This document shows, in pieces, positions 48,932-57,632 of a stretch of DNA of 64,000 nucleotides. This DNA is from Candidatus Latescibacterota bacterium. GTDB taxonomy: Bacteria > Latescibacterota > UBA2968 > UBA8231. The stretch's first letter is position 1; each line of letters starts with the position of its first letter. The translations under genes and the position numbers were made by a program. A model generated the notes under the pieces. It ran no database searches. It saw nothing but the letters and a program-made list of their open reading frames with translations, and was not told the origin of the DNA. Where the stretch lies: contig CBDCNM010000002.1 of the NCBI GenBank assembly GCA_965219385.1, positions 344,639-408,638 on the forward strand, in the 5' to 3' direction.

Positions 48932-50347
48932 AGGAACATCATCGTCCTGGTCAGCGACACCTTCCGCTACGACTACCTCGGCTGCAACGGCAATGCCTGG
49001 ATCAACACCCCCAACCTCGACCGCTTTGCCCGGCGTGCCGTCTCTTTCGACCGCCACTACCTCTCCTCCTTCCCCACCATCCCCAACCGCACGGACTTGT
49101 TCACCGGCCGCTTCAGCTTTCCCTTCCACGGCTGGCAACCCCTCGACCGCCAGATCCCCGTGCTCAGTACCCTGTTCGGTCAGGCCGGGTACACCAGCCA
49201 ACTCATCGCCGATACGCCGCATCTAATGAGCCGGGGGCACCACTTTGACCGCGGCTTTGACGGGGCCCACTGGATCCGCGGCCAGGAGGGCGACAAGCCC
49301 CTGCTCAAGGGCAAGCTGGCGCCCCGCCTCACCGTGCCGGCCGACGACAAGACGCGCGTCGACGAGCACATGCGCCACACCCGCTTTGGCAAGCTGGCCA
49401 CGCTGCACACCTGGACCAACCGCGACTGGGCCTGGGAGGAGGACCGCTTCTGCGTCCAGACCGCCCGCACGGTCAGCCGCTGGCTGGAGGAGAACCACGA
49501 CGCCACTCCCTTCCTGTTGTGGGTCGACTTTTTCGACGTGCACGAGCCCTGGGACCCGCCCGAATACCTGGTGCGGCGCTACGACACCTCCGGGTACGAC
49601 GGCCCGCCCCAGATCCATCCCAACTACGGCCCGGCTTCGGCCTACTCAAAGAGAGAACTGGCCAACCTCAAGGCCCACTACGCCGCGGAACTGCACCTGG
49701 TCGACAAGTGGATCGGCCACGTCCTGACCAAGATCGAGGAGCTCGACCTGTTCGGCAATTCCATTGTCGTCTTCACCTCGGACCACGGCATGTTCCTGGG
49801 CGAACACAACCGCACTGGCAAATCCAATATCCACCCCGACGACGACCGCGTCTGGCCGCTGTACCGCGAACTGGCCCACATCCCCCTGGCAATCGCCGCG
49901 CCGGGGGTCGCTGGAGGAGGCCGCGTCGACCAACTCACCCAATCCGTCGACCTGCTGCCCACCTTTTTGGACCTGACCGGCGTGCAGTACCAGGGGCCGC
50001 CTTTGCACGGCCATGCCCTGGCGCCCCTGTTGCGGGGAAAGACCGCGGGCTGGCCCCGCCAACACGCCTTCAGCTCCACCTTCATCCGCAACGGCGGCCC
50101 CACTGTCACCGACCGCAACTGGACCTATATCCCCCACGGCGAAAAGGGGGGACGGGCCGAACTATACGATATGAGGAAAGATCCCGGGCAGAGGAAAAAC
50201 CTCATCCGCCGCCACCCCCGCATTGCCGCCCGCATGGATCAAGCCCTGCGCGAGTTTTTGCTCCAGGTCGACACCCCCGAGGAAAACTATACCCTCCTGG
50301 GCCCGGTGGCCGGTCCGGATTGGGCTGGTAAAGGCCATTTCCATTGA
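48932..50347 (+). CDS. Sulfatase-family hydrolase (start codon reads AGG; Thr at nucleophile position)
   Basis: NIIVLVSDTFRYD, TPNLDRF, PTIPNRTDLFTG, FDVHEPW, TSDHG, ELYD...DP. Confidence 0.85.
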   Translation, partial: RNIIVLVSDTFRYDYLGCNGNAWINTPNLDRFARRAVSFDRHYLSSFPTIPNRTDLFTGRFSFPFHGWQPLDRQIPVLSTLFGQAGYTSQLIADTPHLMSRGHHFDRGFDGAHWIRGQEGDKPLLKGKLAPRLTVPADDKTRVDEHMRHTRFGKLATLHTWTNRDWAWEEDRFCVQTARTVSRWLEENHDATPFLLWVDFFDVHEPWDPPEYLVRRYDTSGYDGPPQIHPNYGPASAYSKRELANLKAHYAAELHLVDKWIGHVLTKIEELDLFGNSIVVFTSDHGMFLGEHNRTGKSNIHPDDDRVWPLYRELAHIPLAIAAPGVAGGGRVDQLTQSVDLLPTFLDLTGVQYQGPPLHGHALAPLLRGKTAGWPRQHAFSSTFIRNGGPTVTDRNWTYIPHGEKGGRAELYDMRKDPGQRKNLIRRHPRIAARMDQALREFLLQVDTPEENYTLLGPVAGPDWAGKGHFH

Positions 50348-50376
50348 CCCTTTTCCCCTTTCGGGGATGACCCGTC

Positions 50377-51405
50377 CTAAGGCCGCAGGCTGACGCCGAA
50401 GCCGGGGGCATCCTCGATGGCGATCTCTCCATCAACGATCTCCGGCTGCCCCTTTACCCAGTCAATCCAGGGTCGGCCTGATTCGGCGAGCGGATCGGGA
50501 TCGATCGACGCGATCGCGTGAAGCGACCAGATTTCGCTGCCGCGGTGGGGACAGACCTCGACGCCGTATTTCTCACCCATTGCATAGATCTTCACCAGCT
50601 CAGTAAGCCCACCACACCAAGTCACATCGGGCTGTACGATCGCGTGCAGTCGCTCCCTCATGAGAACATCGAAAGCAGCTGCGGTATATTCGTGCTCACC
50701 ACTTGCGATGGGGATCGGGCTCTCGTCACGCAACTGCGCATAGCCCTCCAGGTCTTCCGGCGGCAATGGTTCCTCGAGCCAGGCCAGATTGCAACCTTCC
50801 AAGGCTTCGGCGAGACGGAGTGCGGTGTCGGCATCCAGTTTCATTCCTGCGTCACCCATCAACTGAACATCCGGCCCCAGCGCTTCCCTCACGCGACGGA
50901 TCGGCCCAACAACGTCTCCGACTTCCTGATTCGGGTTGATCCCGGCGTGAAGCTTCAGCGCGCGAAACCCCTGTGCGCCGGTGCGAATAACCTCATCAGC
51001 CGGGAAACCTGTCTTGTAGCACCGAATGGGTTTTCCCACCTGGCCGTCTTTTTCCGCCAGAATCTCGGCAACCGCCTTCTCCTCCCGTTTTCCCCTGAGG
51101 TCCCACAGGGCCAGATCCACGCCGCTGATCGCCATCACCACAATGCCCTTCCGCCCATACGCCCGTGTGGCCTTGTACATCTCCTCCCACAGGTCCTCAA
51201 CCTGGGTCGAATCGGCTCCGGTCAGCAGTCGACGCAACGCGGTCTCGATCACGTGGATGCCGGCTTTGCCGCCGCCACCGACGCCATAGCCGGTCAGGCC
51301 GTCTTCTGTCTCGACCGCGACGGCGATCTGGCCCAGCCACGTCCGCCAGTCGTCGGGATCTCCGGGCGCTTTGGGCTGGGTTGCCCTGATCGACTTGATT
51401 CTCAC
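50377..51405 (-). CDS. Mandelate racemase/rhamnonate dehydratase-like enolase
   Basis: AISGVDLALWDLRGK, KLH, LMGDA, WLEEPL, ASGEHE, QPD, CPH. Confidence 0.9.
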   Translation of the reverse strand: MRIKSIRATQPKAPGDPDDWRTWLGQIAVAVETEDGLTGYGVGGGGKAGIHVIETALRRLLTGADSTQVEDLWEEMYKATRAYGRKGIVVMAISGVDLALWDLRGKREEKAVAEILAEKDGQVGKPIRCYKTGFPADEVIRTGAQGFRALKLHAGINPNQEVGDVVGPIRRVREALGPDVQLMGDAGMKLDADTALRLAEALEGCNLAWLEEPLPPEDLEGYAQLRDESPIPIASGEHEYTAAAFDVLMRERLHAIVQPDVTWCGGLTELVKIYAMGEKYGVEVCPHRGSEIWSLHAIASIDPDPLAESGRPWIDWVKGQPEIVDGEIAIEDAPGFGVSLRP

Positions 51406-51444
51406 CTTACGACCTCCTATTAGAAAATAGGCCTCCGTCGGGTA

Positions 51445-51547
51445 GGGCGGTGGGCTGCGAGTGGACGCAGCAGCAGGGGGGGGTGGCGCCCACGGCCTTG
51501 CTCGCTCGCGCTTGGGCCGACGCCGGTCATTTTGTTAGGGGCTCTTA
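51445..51547. repeat. Chimeric repeat remnant (MITE internal module plus IS5-like right end)
   Basis: gggcggtgggctgcgag..cgcagcagcaggg as in the 13799/36810 copies; ends ttttgttaggggctctta like 23253-23270. Confidence 0.55.
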
Positions 51548-51873
51548 ATCTTCCCAGTAATACCCATGCTGACAGCCCTGACTCTGTTCACGGAATAGGA
51601 AATAAGGTGCATCGTCTCTACCTGCTGCACGCCGTGGGTAGTAAAGGTTGAGATCTATTCCTGCTTCGGCTGCACCTTCTGAACAATCTCCTCTGGCCTT
51701 GCCCGGCCCTTTTCGTTGTCTGCGGAATCTCGATTTCGCCAACCGTCGGATGGAAGAACGCGTTCATCCCCCAGCTCCAGACCCATTCTCCCGTCTCCCC
51801 GTTCGATAGATCCAGGTCTATGACCCGCCTGCCGATTGTGCAACCTGGCGGGGACGATGCCGTGAGAGTGTTC

Positions 51874-52734
51874 CTACAAGACCTTGACCCTGCCCCTGCC
51901 GGCAATGGACTTTTCCAGCGCCTCCAGAACCGCCACCGGGACCAGCATGCTCTCGGTGGTCTCGTCGGTCTTGCCGGTCCGGAACATCCGCACAAAAGAG
52001 CGGACGCCTGGAAAAAATATGTTCTCGTCGTAGTGTATGGCCTGGTCGATGCGGCCTTTTGCGCCGATGACGCTCAGGTGGAAAAGGCCGCCCCCCTCCG
52101 CCATCAGGTTCATGGTGGCCACTCTGCCGTCTTTGTAGGCCAGCGTGGCCACGTGATTTTTCCCCCTTCCCTTGGCGACTTGGGCGTGGCTCACCTCGTA
52201 GCCGAGCAGGCGCAGGATCATCTCCACCTGGTGGATGCCGTAGAAGAAGATCCCTCCATACCTGGAGGTGATATCGCAGGGCCCGGTAGAAACCACTGCG
52301 TAGATCTCTCCCAGCTTGCGCGCCTGCTTTTTCAAAGCCACAAAGGCGGCCTGCATGGGCATCACCGAAAAGGAACACACGGGCACCCCCAGCTCGGCGG
52401 CCCGCGCCAGGAAGCGCTTGCCTTCGGATTTGCCGCAGCACAACGGCTTGTCGATGAAGAGCGGCATCCCGGCTTCCAGTAGAGGTTGGGCCGACGGCAG
52501 GTGGTGCTTCCCGTGGAGGTGGTCCACCACCGCGGCGCCCACCACCCCGATCAAGTCGGCGGGGTTTTTCACGGTATGGGGGATCCGGCCGGCTGTTGCC
52601 GCCGCCCGCGCTATTGACGCGGTCCGCCCCCATACATGGCTCACCCGCACCCCGCGAATGCGGTGCTCTGCGTTTATTATTTGGCAGAACTGCGCGGTGT
52701 GGGTCTCCGCTCCGACAATGCCGATGTTCAACAT
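51874..52734 (-). CDS. Gfo/Idh/MocA-family oxidoreductase
   Basis: IGIVGAETH, FIDKPL, FFYGIHQVE. Confidence 0.85.
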   Translation of the reverse strand: MLNIGIVGAETHTAQFCQIINAEHRIRGVRVSHVWGRTASIARAAATAGRIPHTVKNPADLIGVVGAAVVDHLHGKHHLPSAQPLLEAGMPLFIDKPLCCGKSEGKRFLARAAELGVPVCSFSVMPMQAAFVALKKQARKLGEIYAVVSTGPCDITSRYGGIFFYGIHQVEMILRLLGYEVSHAQVAKGRGKNHVATLAYKDGRVATMNLMAEGGGLFHLSVIGAKGRIDQAIHYDENIFFPGVRSFVRMFRTGKTDETTESMLVPVAVLEALEKSIAGRGRVKVL

Positions 52735-52833
52735 AACGCCTTCCCTTTCACTTCGCCCGGAACCTCCGGACAGATCCTCTTTTTATTAAAAGACGGGGAT
52801 TTTCGTAATGTAATTCGTCGATGACAACCACAA

Positions 52834-54000
52834 TCAGGCTCGCGAAGGCCACCACTTGATCAGGACCCCTCCGTAGCGGTAGTGCCCGTACGCCGTCAGC
52901 ACAGCCCCATCCCCCAGCGAGATCGAATACAGGTGCCCGCAAGCCACTTCGTACCACTGTTCCGGGTTGTGGTGCGCCCAGTCGTCCAGGATGTAGATCC
53001 CCTCCACGTCCCAACTCTGTCCGTGGTCGCGACTGACCAAGGCGTCGCAACCGCGCCGGTAGCTGGCCTGTTCTCCGCCGCGGATGTCCAGCCGCCGGAT
53101 CACGGTCAACACCAGGTCATCGTTGGGCAGACGCACGAGGTTGGCGTGCATCCGCCCCGCTTCCAGGAGGTGCTCGACCGGCGACCAGGTCCGCCCATCG
53201 TCCTTTGAGATGGAAATCCCCGTGCCCTCGAAGTTGTCGTAGTGGTAGGGGATGTAACGCCCCAGCATATCGGTGCGCAGCGCCGCCACGATCCAGCCAT
53301 TGGCCGCGCGCACCAGGGCCCCTTCCCCGCAACCGCGCTCGTAGGTTTTGCCCTGGTGCACGTCCTGCCACTTCCAGGCTTCGGGCCAGCTGAAGTTTTC
53401 CCAGGTGCGCCCCTGGTCGCGCGACCAGCGCACGCAGCCGCAAATCGCCTTGTCGAAACTGAAATTGTCGGGAAAGGTCTGCCCGGTCCAGCCGATCAGG
53501 GTGGCCCGGCCCTGGTCGTCGCGATCCACCAGGGGGTTGCCTTCGGAGCAAAAATCCTTGCCGTCGGGCGCCCTTTCCAGCGGCAGGCGCTCGCTCCAGC
53601 TGCGGCCGTAGTCGTGGCTGAAACACAGCGCCGGACCCTCCTCGGCCATCAGGCCCCCGTCGCAGTAACTGAGGCTGCCGTCCCCCAGGTAGGTCAGCAT
53701 GACCGGACGGCCCCAGCCAATGGCCTGGTACGGACTCCAGGTTGCCCCCTGGTCGGCGCTGATGGCCGCCACCGTCTCCTCGCCGCCTTGCACTGGCTTG
53801 CGGTCCGTCTTGGCCGCCCCCAGGAGCAGGATTTCGCCGTTGTCCATGCGGGCCAGGCCAAAGGGCACCACCAGCGCCTGGCCGTATCGGGGCAGAAATT
53901 GGTACTCTGCCGGGTGGACCAGGTGCCCTCCCCGGCCATTGCCCTGGAGCACTCGGTGCTCTTTCCAGGAACCCCGTTCTTCAGTGCGGTCGACCGTCAT
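52834..54000 (-). CDS. BNR/Asp-box (sialidase-like) beta-propeller
   Basis: SADQGATW, SHDYGRSW, SRDQGRTW, SKDDGRTW, SRDHGQSW. Confidence 0.85.
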   Translation of the reverse strand: MTVDRTEERGSWKEHRVLQGNGRGGHLVHPAEYQFLPRYGQALVVPFGLARMDNGEILLLGAAKTDRKPVQGGEETVAAISADQGATWSPYQAIGWGRPVMLTYLGDGSLSYCDGGLMAEEGPALCFSHDYGRSWSERLPLERAPDGKDFCSEGNPLVDRDDQGRATLIGWTGQTFPDNFSFDKAICGCVRWSRDQGRTWENFSWPEAWKWQDVHQGKTYERGCGEGALVRAANGWIVAALRTDMLGRYIPYHYDNFEGTGISISKDDGRTWSPVEHLLEAGRMHANLVRLPNDDLVLTVIRRLDIRGGEQASYRRGCDALVSRDHGQSWDVEGIYILDDWAHHNPEQWYEVACGHLYSISLGDGAVLTAYGHYRYGGVLIKWWPSRA

Positions 54001-54031
54001 CTCAACCTCCTTGAAATTTATCCTTCAATAC

Positions 54032-54247
54032 TCAATACTTCACGAAATACCCGTACCTATTTGGACCTCAAGGCCGGAAGAGGATTTTGCCGGCGGCGTT
54101 TTATGGGGGGGTGGAGGGGGGGAAAGGGTGCTCTGGGACTCAGGCCTGCCTGGGGGAGTGGGGTGGGGCAAGAGCTCCCTGGACATCATAAAACGCCAGA
54201 GGCACAATCCCCGCACGGCCCCGCCTGCCGATTCCGTGAAGTACTGA
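54032..54247. repeat. MITE-like repeat copy
   Basis: tcaatacttcacgaaat ... attccgtgaagtactga. Confidence 0.88.
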
Positions 54248-54280
54248 TATGCGGTCATCGCCATGAGCAAACCTCCCGTC

Positions 54281-55507
54281 TCAACCCCCCCGCTGCGCTC
54301 CCACGCTCCTGATTACCGCGTCCAGAATCACCAGGGGCTCGTCGCCCTGCTGGCGCAGCGCGACCTGCATGCCGGCGGGGACGCCAAAGTGGTCGTGGTG
54401 CTGGACCGGGCCCTCGATGGGACCGATCCGCACTGTGCCTCGACCCCGGACCACCGATATGGCGCGGAAGCTGTCCAGCGGCAGGACCAGCCCGGATTCG
54501 GGCGCCCGGGACACGGCCAGCTCCAGGCCGCCGCTGCCCTTGCGGTCCAGGGCCTGGGCCGGGATGATGATGCGCCGCTGCGCCACCCGAGAGCGGGCCA
54601 TGACCGCGATCTCGCGCTCCAGGAAGACGGCCGCCCCCATCTGCCAGCTATCCCGCTCCACCGGACGCAGATCCTCAAAGGGCATGGGCTGGGGTTCGAC
54701 GTCGAAGAAGACCCCCCAGCCCGCCTGGTGCAGCGAGCCGAAGATAAAGGGCACGTGGTGGCTTTCACCCGAGGAGTTCACCCACCCGTGGCGGGTCACC
54801 GGCGGGATGGGCAGGGCGTAGCCCTCCCCGCGCACCGGGGCCTTGCACTCCCCCAGGACCATGTAGCCTTCGAGGGGCTCGAACCCCAGGTGGATCTCCA
54901 CCCCGAAGTGGTGGCGGTGAAAGGGCACGTCCAGGTTGGGCGCCGTGAGGTAGGCCAGGTTCCACGAGTGGTGGTCCCCGTAGACCAGGGGCACGATGGT
55001 GATGCCCAGGTTGGGCACCACAAAGCTGGCTTGCTCGGGGGCGGTGGTGCCCTGCGCGAGGTAGAGACCATTGCTCTCGGTGATCTCACTTACGAGCTGG
55101 AGGAAGCGCTGGCCGATGCGGTCCAGGGTGGCGTCGCGGGAGTGGTAGTAGGCCTGTTCTAGGGCATTGAGGACGCGGCGCACCTCGCGTTCGTAGCGGT
55201 GGAAAGTGGAGATCACCGCAAGGAAATCGTCGGGCACCGGCTCCATGCCGTGATTGGCCAGGTCGTCGAGTTGTTCGTCGGCGCGTTGCAGGTGGGCGTG
55301 GGCGACCGGATCCTGGACCGGGTTCTGGGTGAGCGCCAGCCGGGTGGCGTGAAAGGCCCCGATGGTGTGGATCCTGAAGGCGTAACAGTAGAGTCGGGCC
55401 AGGTCGATGTCCTCGGGGGTGATCTGGTCGGTGCGCCGTCCCTGGGCGTGGCTGGTGCGGACCTTGTCCACCAGCTGGCTGTAGCCGGCGTGCATCGGCA
55501 AACGCAT
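54281..55507 (-). CDS. Hypothetical protein: helical N-terminus plus cupin-like metal-binding domain(s)
   Basis: HRHHFGVEIH ... PPVTRHGW cupin motifs; second degenerate cupin at C-terminus. Confidence 0.7.
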   Translation of the reverse strand: MRLPMHAGYSQLVDKVRTSHAQGRRTDQITPEDIDLARLYCYAFRIHTIGAFHATRLALTQNPVQDPVAHAHLQRADEQLDDLANHGMEPVPDDFLAVISTFHRYEREVRRVLNALEQAYYHSRDATLDRIGQRFLQLVSEITESNGLYLAQGTTAPEQASFVVPNLGITIVPLVYGDHHSWNLAYLTAPNLDVPFHRHHFGVEIHLGFEPLEGYMVLGECKAPVRGEGYALPIPPVTRHGWVNSSGESHHVPFIFGSLHQAGWGVFFDVEPQPMPFEDLRPVERDSWQMGAAVFLEREIAVMARSRVAQRRIIIPAQALDRKGSGGLELAVSRAPESGLVLPLDSFRAISVVRGRGTVRIGPIEGPVQHHDHFGVPAGMQVALRQQGDEPLVILDAVIRSVGAQRGG

Positions 55508-55526
55508 GGTGCAATCCTCTTTATCT

Positions 55527-57632
55527 TCAATACCGCCGGTAGAGCGAAACAAGGGCGCCGTGCTGGTCGTAGATCCAGAAGGTCTTTTCGTCCAGCACCC
55601 CCGTGCGGGTCGGGGCATAGGTGGCCGGCAGGGAGTAGTCCCAGGTGCGGCCGTAATCGTAGCTGATGGTCAAGCCCCAGCCGCAGGTATTCTGCGCGGC
55701 CACGGCCACGGCGCCGTCCGGCAGGACCAGGCAGCCGTAGACCCCGGCGGCGGCGCAGGGCTCGGGCGCGCTCCAGGTGCGGCCCCGGTCCGTGCTCACG
55801 GCGCGCTTGATAATCAGGTCGTAGGGCACCTTGTAGACGCATTCGCTGCGCATGAAGACCACCCAGGTGCCATCGGCGAATTCCACCAGGGCGGTCTCGC
55901 TGAAGTTGAAGCGGCGGTCTTCGTCGTAGGCGATGATGCTCCAGTCGCCCCAGGTGCGACCCTGGTCGTGCGAACGCACCAGGGTGCAGGTGTAGAGGTG
56001 AATGCCGATATCCTCGCCGGTCTGGTAGCCGTAGACCGGGGCCACCAGGGTGCCGTCGCGCTCTTCGATGAAGTTGCCGCCGGGGAAGGCGGCTGTTTGC
56101 AAAGGGCCGGGATCTTCTACCTCGGCTTTTTGCCAGGTCTGGCTTCCCGCTTCCATAAAAGCGCCTGAGAGACGAGTCACGGCCCGCCCCCCCAGCTCGC
56201 TGCCGATGCGGTAGCCGAGAATGCCCACGGGGTAGCCCTTTTCGCGTCCGAGGGTGGAGTCGTACCAGGTATCGTACCAGGCTGGGATCAGGGTCTCCGA
56301 TTCCAGGCACACCTGCCGGCCCGAGCGCAGGACCCAGGCGTTTTCCAGAGGCTCTCCCGTGCGGGCCTGCCACTCCTCCACGGACCAGCGCTCGGCCAGG
56401 CGCCAGGGGCCTGCAGGCTCGCCGTGGCGGCCGGCCGGACCGGCCGGATCCCGCTGCCCCACCTTCTCGACCACGATGGTCTCCACCCGCTCTTTTTCAA
56501 TCGGCGTCTCCCGGTCGTACTGGGCCCGCTGCCGCTGCCCCAGGGCCACCATAAAGCGACCGTCATCCAGCGCCAGACCGGAAGAAAACCCGTAGTGTCC
56601 GGCTTCCCAGTCGCCCCCCAGGTAGGGCACCACCGGCGGCAGGGGAATCGGATCCCGGGCCCAGCCCGTGCCCCAGCCGTGGGTGGGACCGTAACCGGGC
56701 AGCCAGCCGTGGTTGACAAACCCCAGACCCGGCAGGCGCTGGCTTATGCTGCGGAAGCCGTCCTGGCTGAACATCAACTCCATGGCGCCCCAGCCCGCCC
56801 AGGTGGCAAAGCAGCAGGCCACGGTACGGGGGTCCACCCGCATCAGGCTGGGCCAGGACCCTACCGCCAGGTGCTCGGGCGCCGACCAGGTCCGGCCCCC
56901 GTCCGCGCTGGAACTCCGCACCAGGGTCTGGGGCACATCCAGGGGCAGGTGGGGCCGCGCTTGCAGTTGCCGCTCGGTCAGGAGGGCCAGGAGGGTGCCG
57001 TCCCCCAGCGGCAACACCGCGGGAAACTCGAAACTGACCTCGGCGTGCTCGTCCGGCTCGGCAATGGCTACCCAGTCCCCCCAGGTCCGCCCCCCGTCCG
57101 ACGATCTGAGCGACCCGGCGCAGAGCCGGGTGGCCTCCAGATCCTCCCTGCTCAGCGCCCCGAAGACCGGCATCACCAGCTCTTCCCCCAGCTCAAAGGG
57201 CCGCCCGCAGGGCGCGGCCCACACCAGGGACTCGACGCCGATGGAGGTGACACCCCAGGTCCGGCCGTCATCCTCGGAAAAAAGCAGGCGCACCTGGCCC
57301 GCGGCCGCCCGGTCGTCCACCTCGACGAAGGGGGCGATGATCCGGCCGGAAGAGAGGGTGGTCAGGGTGCCGTAGGCGCGGGGCTCCCCCTGCGCTCCCT
57401 GGTAAACCGGCACAGGCTGATGCCACCACTCCCCGTCCCGGGTGCGGCGCAGGAGCCACAAGTCGCCGCGGCCTTCCTCCTCCTGCTCCTGGGTCTGGTG
57501 GGTGAAGAGGATCAGCAGGCGGTCGTCCCGGGCCCGGGTGAGGCCGGCGTAGCGCGCGCGGCGGGCGGCCAGGTAGGCAAAGGCCCGCTCCCTCCGCTGC
57601 CAGAAACCCCCCGTGGTTTTCGTGGGATTCAC
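55527..57632 (-). CDS. Two-domain BNR/Asp-box (sialidase-like) protein
   Basis: SEDDGRTW, SSDGGRTW, SADGGRTW, SHDQGRTW, STDRGRTW, SYDYGRTW. Confidence 0.85.
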   Translation of the reverse strand: MNPTKTTGGFWQRRERAFAYLAARRARYAGLTRARDDRLLILFTHQTQEQEEEGRGDLWLLRRTRDGEWWHQPVPVYQGAQGEPRAYGTLTTLSSGRIIAPFVEVDDRAAAGQVRLLFSEDDGRTWGVTSIGVESLVWAAPCGRPFELGEELVMPVFGALSREDLEATRLCAGSLRSSDGGRTWGDWVAIAEPDEHAEVSFEFPAVLPLGDGTLLALLTERQLQARPHLPLDVPQTLVRSSSADGGRTWSAPEHLAVGSWPSLMRVDPRTVACCFATWAGWGAMELMFSQDGFRSISQRLPGLGFVNHGWLPGYGPTHGWGTGWARDPIPLPPVVPYLGGDWEAGHYGFSSGLALDDGRFMVALGQRQRAQYDRETPIEKERVETIVVEKVGQRDPAGPAGRHGEPAGPWRLAERWSVEEWQARTGEPLENAWVLRSGRQVCLESETLIPAWYDTWYDSTLGREKGYPVGILGYRIGSELGGRAVTRLSGAFMEAGSQTWQKAEVEDPGPLQTAAFPGGNFIEERDGTLVAPVYGYQTGEDIGIHLYTCTLVRSHDQGRTWGDWSIIAYDEDRRFNFSETALVEFADGTWVVFMRSECVYKVPYDLIIKRAVSTDRGRTWSAPEPCAAAGVYGCLVLPDGAVAVAAQNTCGWGLTISYDYGRTWDYSLPATYAPTRTGVLDEKTFWIYDQHGALVSLYRRY

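Noticed and set aside
51545..51850. Short minus-strand ORFs (..GIDLNLYYPRRAAG..HGYYWED)
   Set aside because: Possibly a frameshifted remnant, but no family could be recognised
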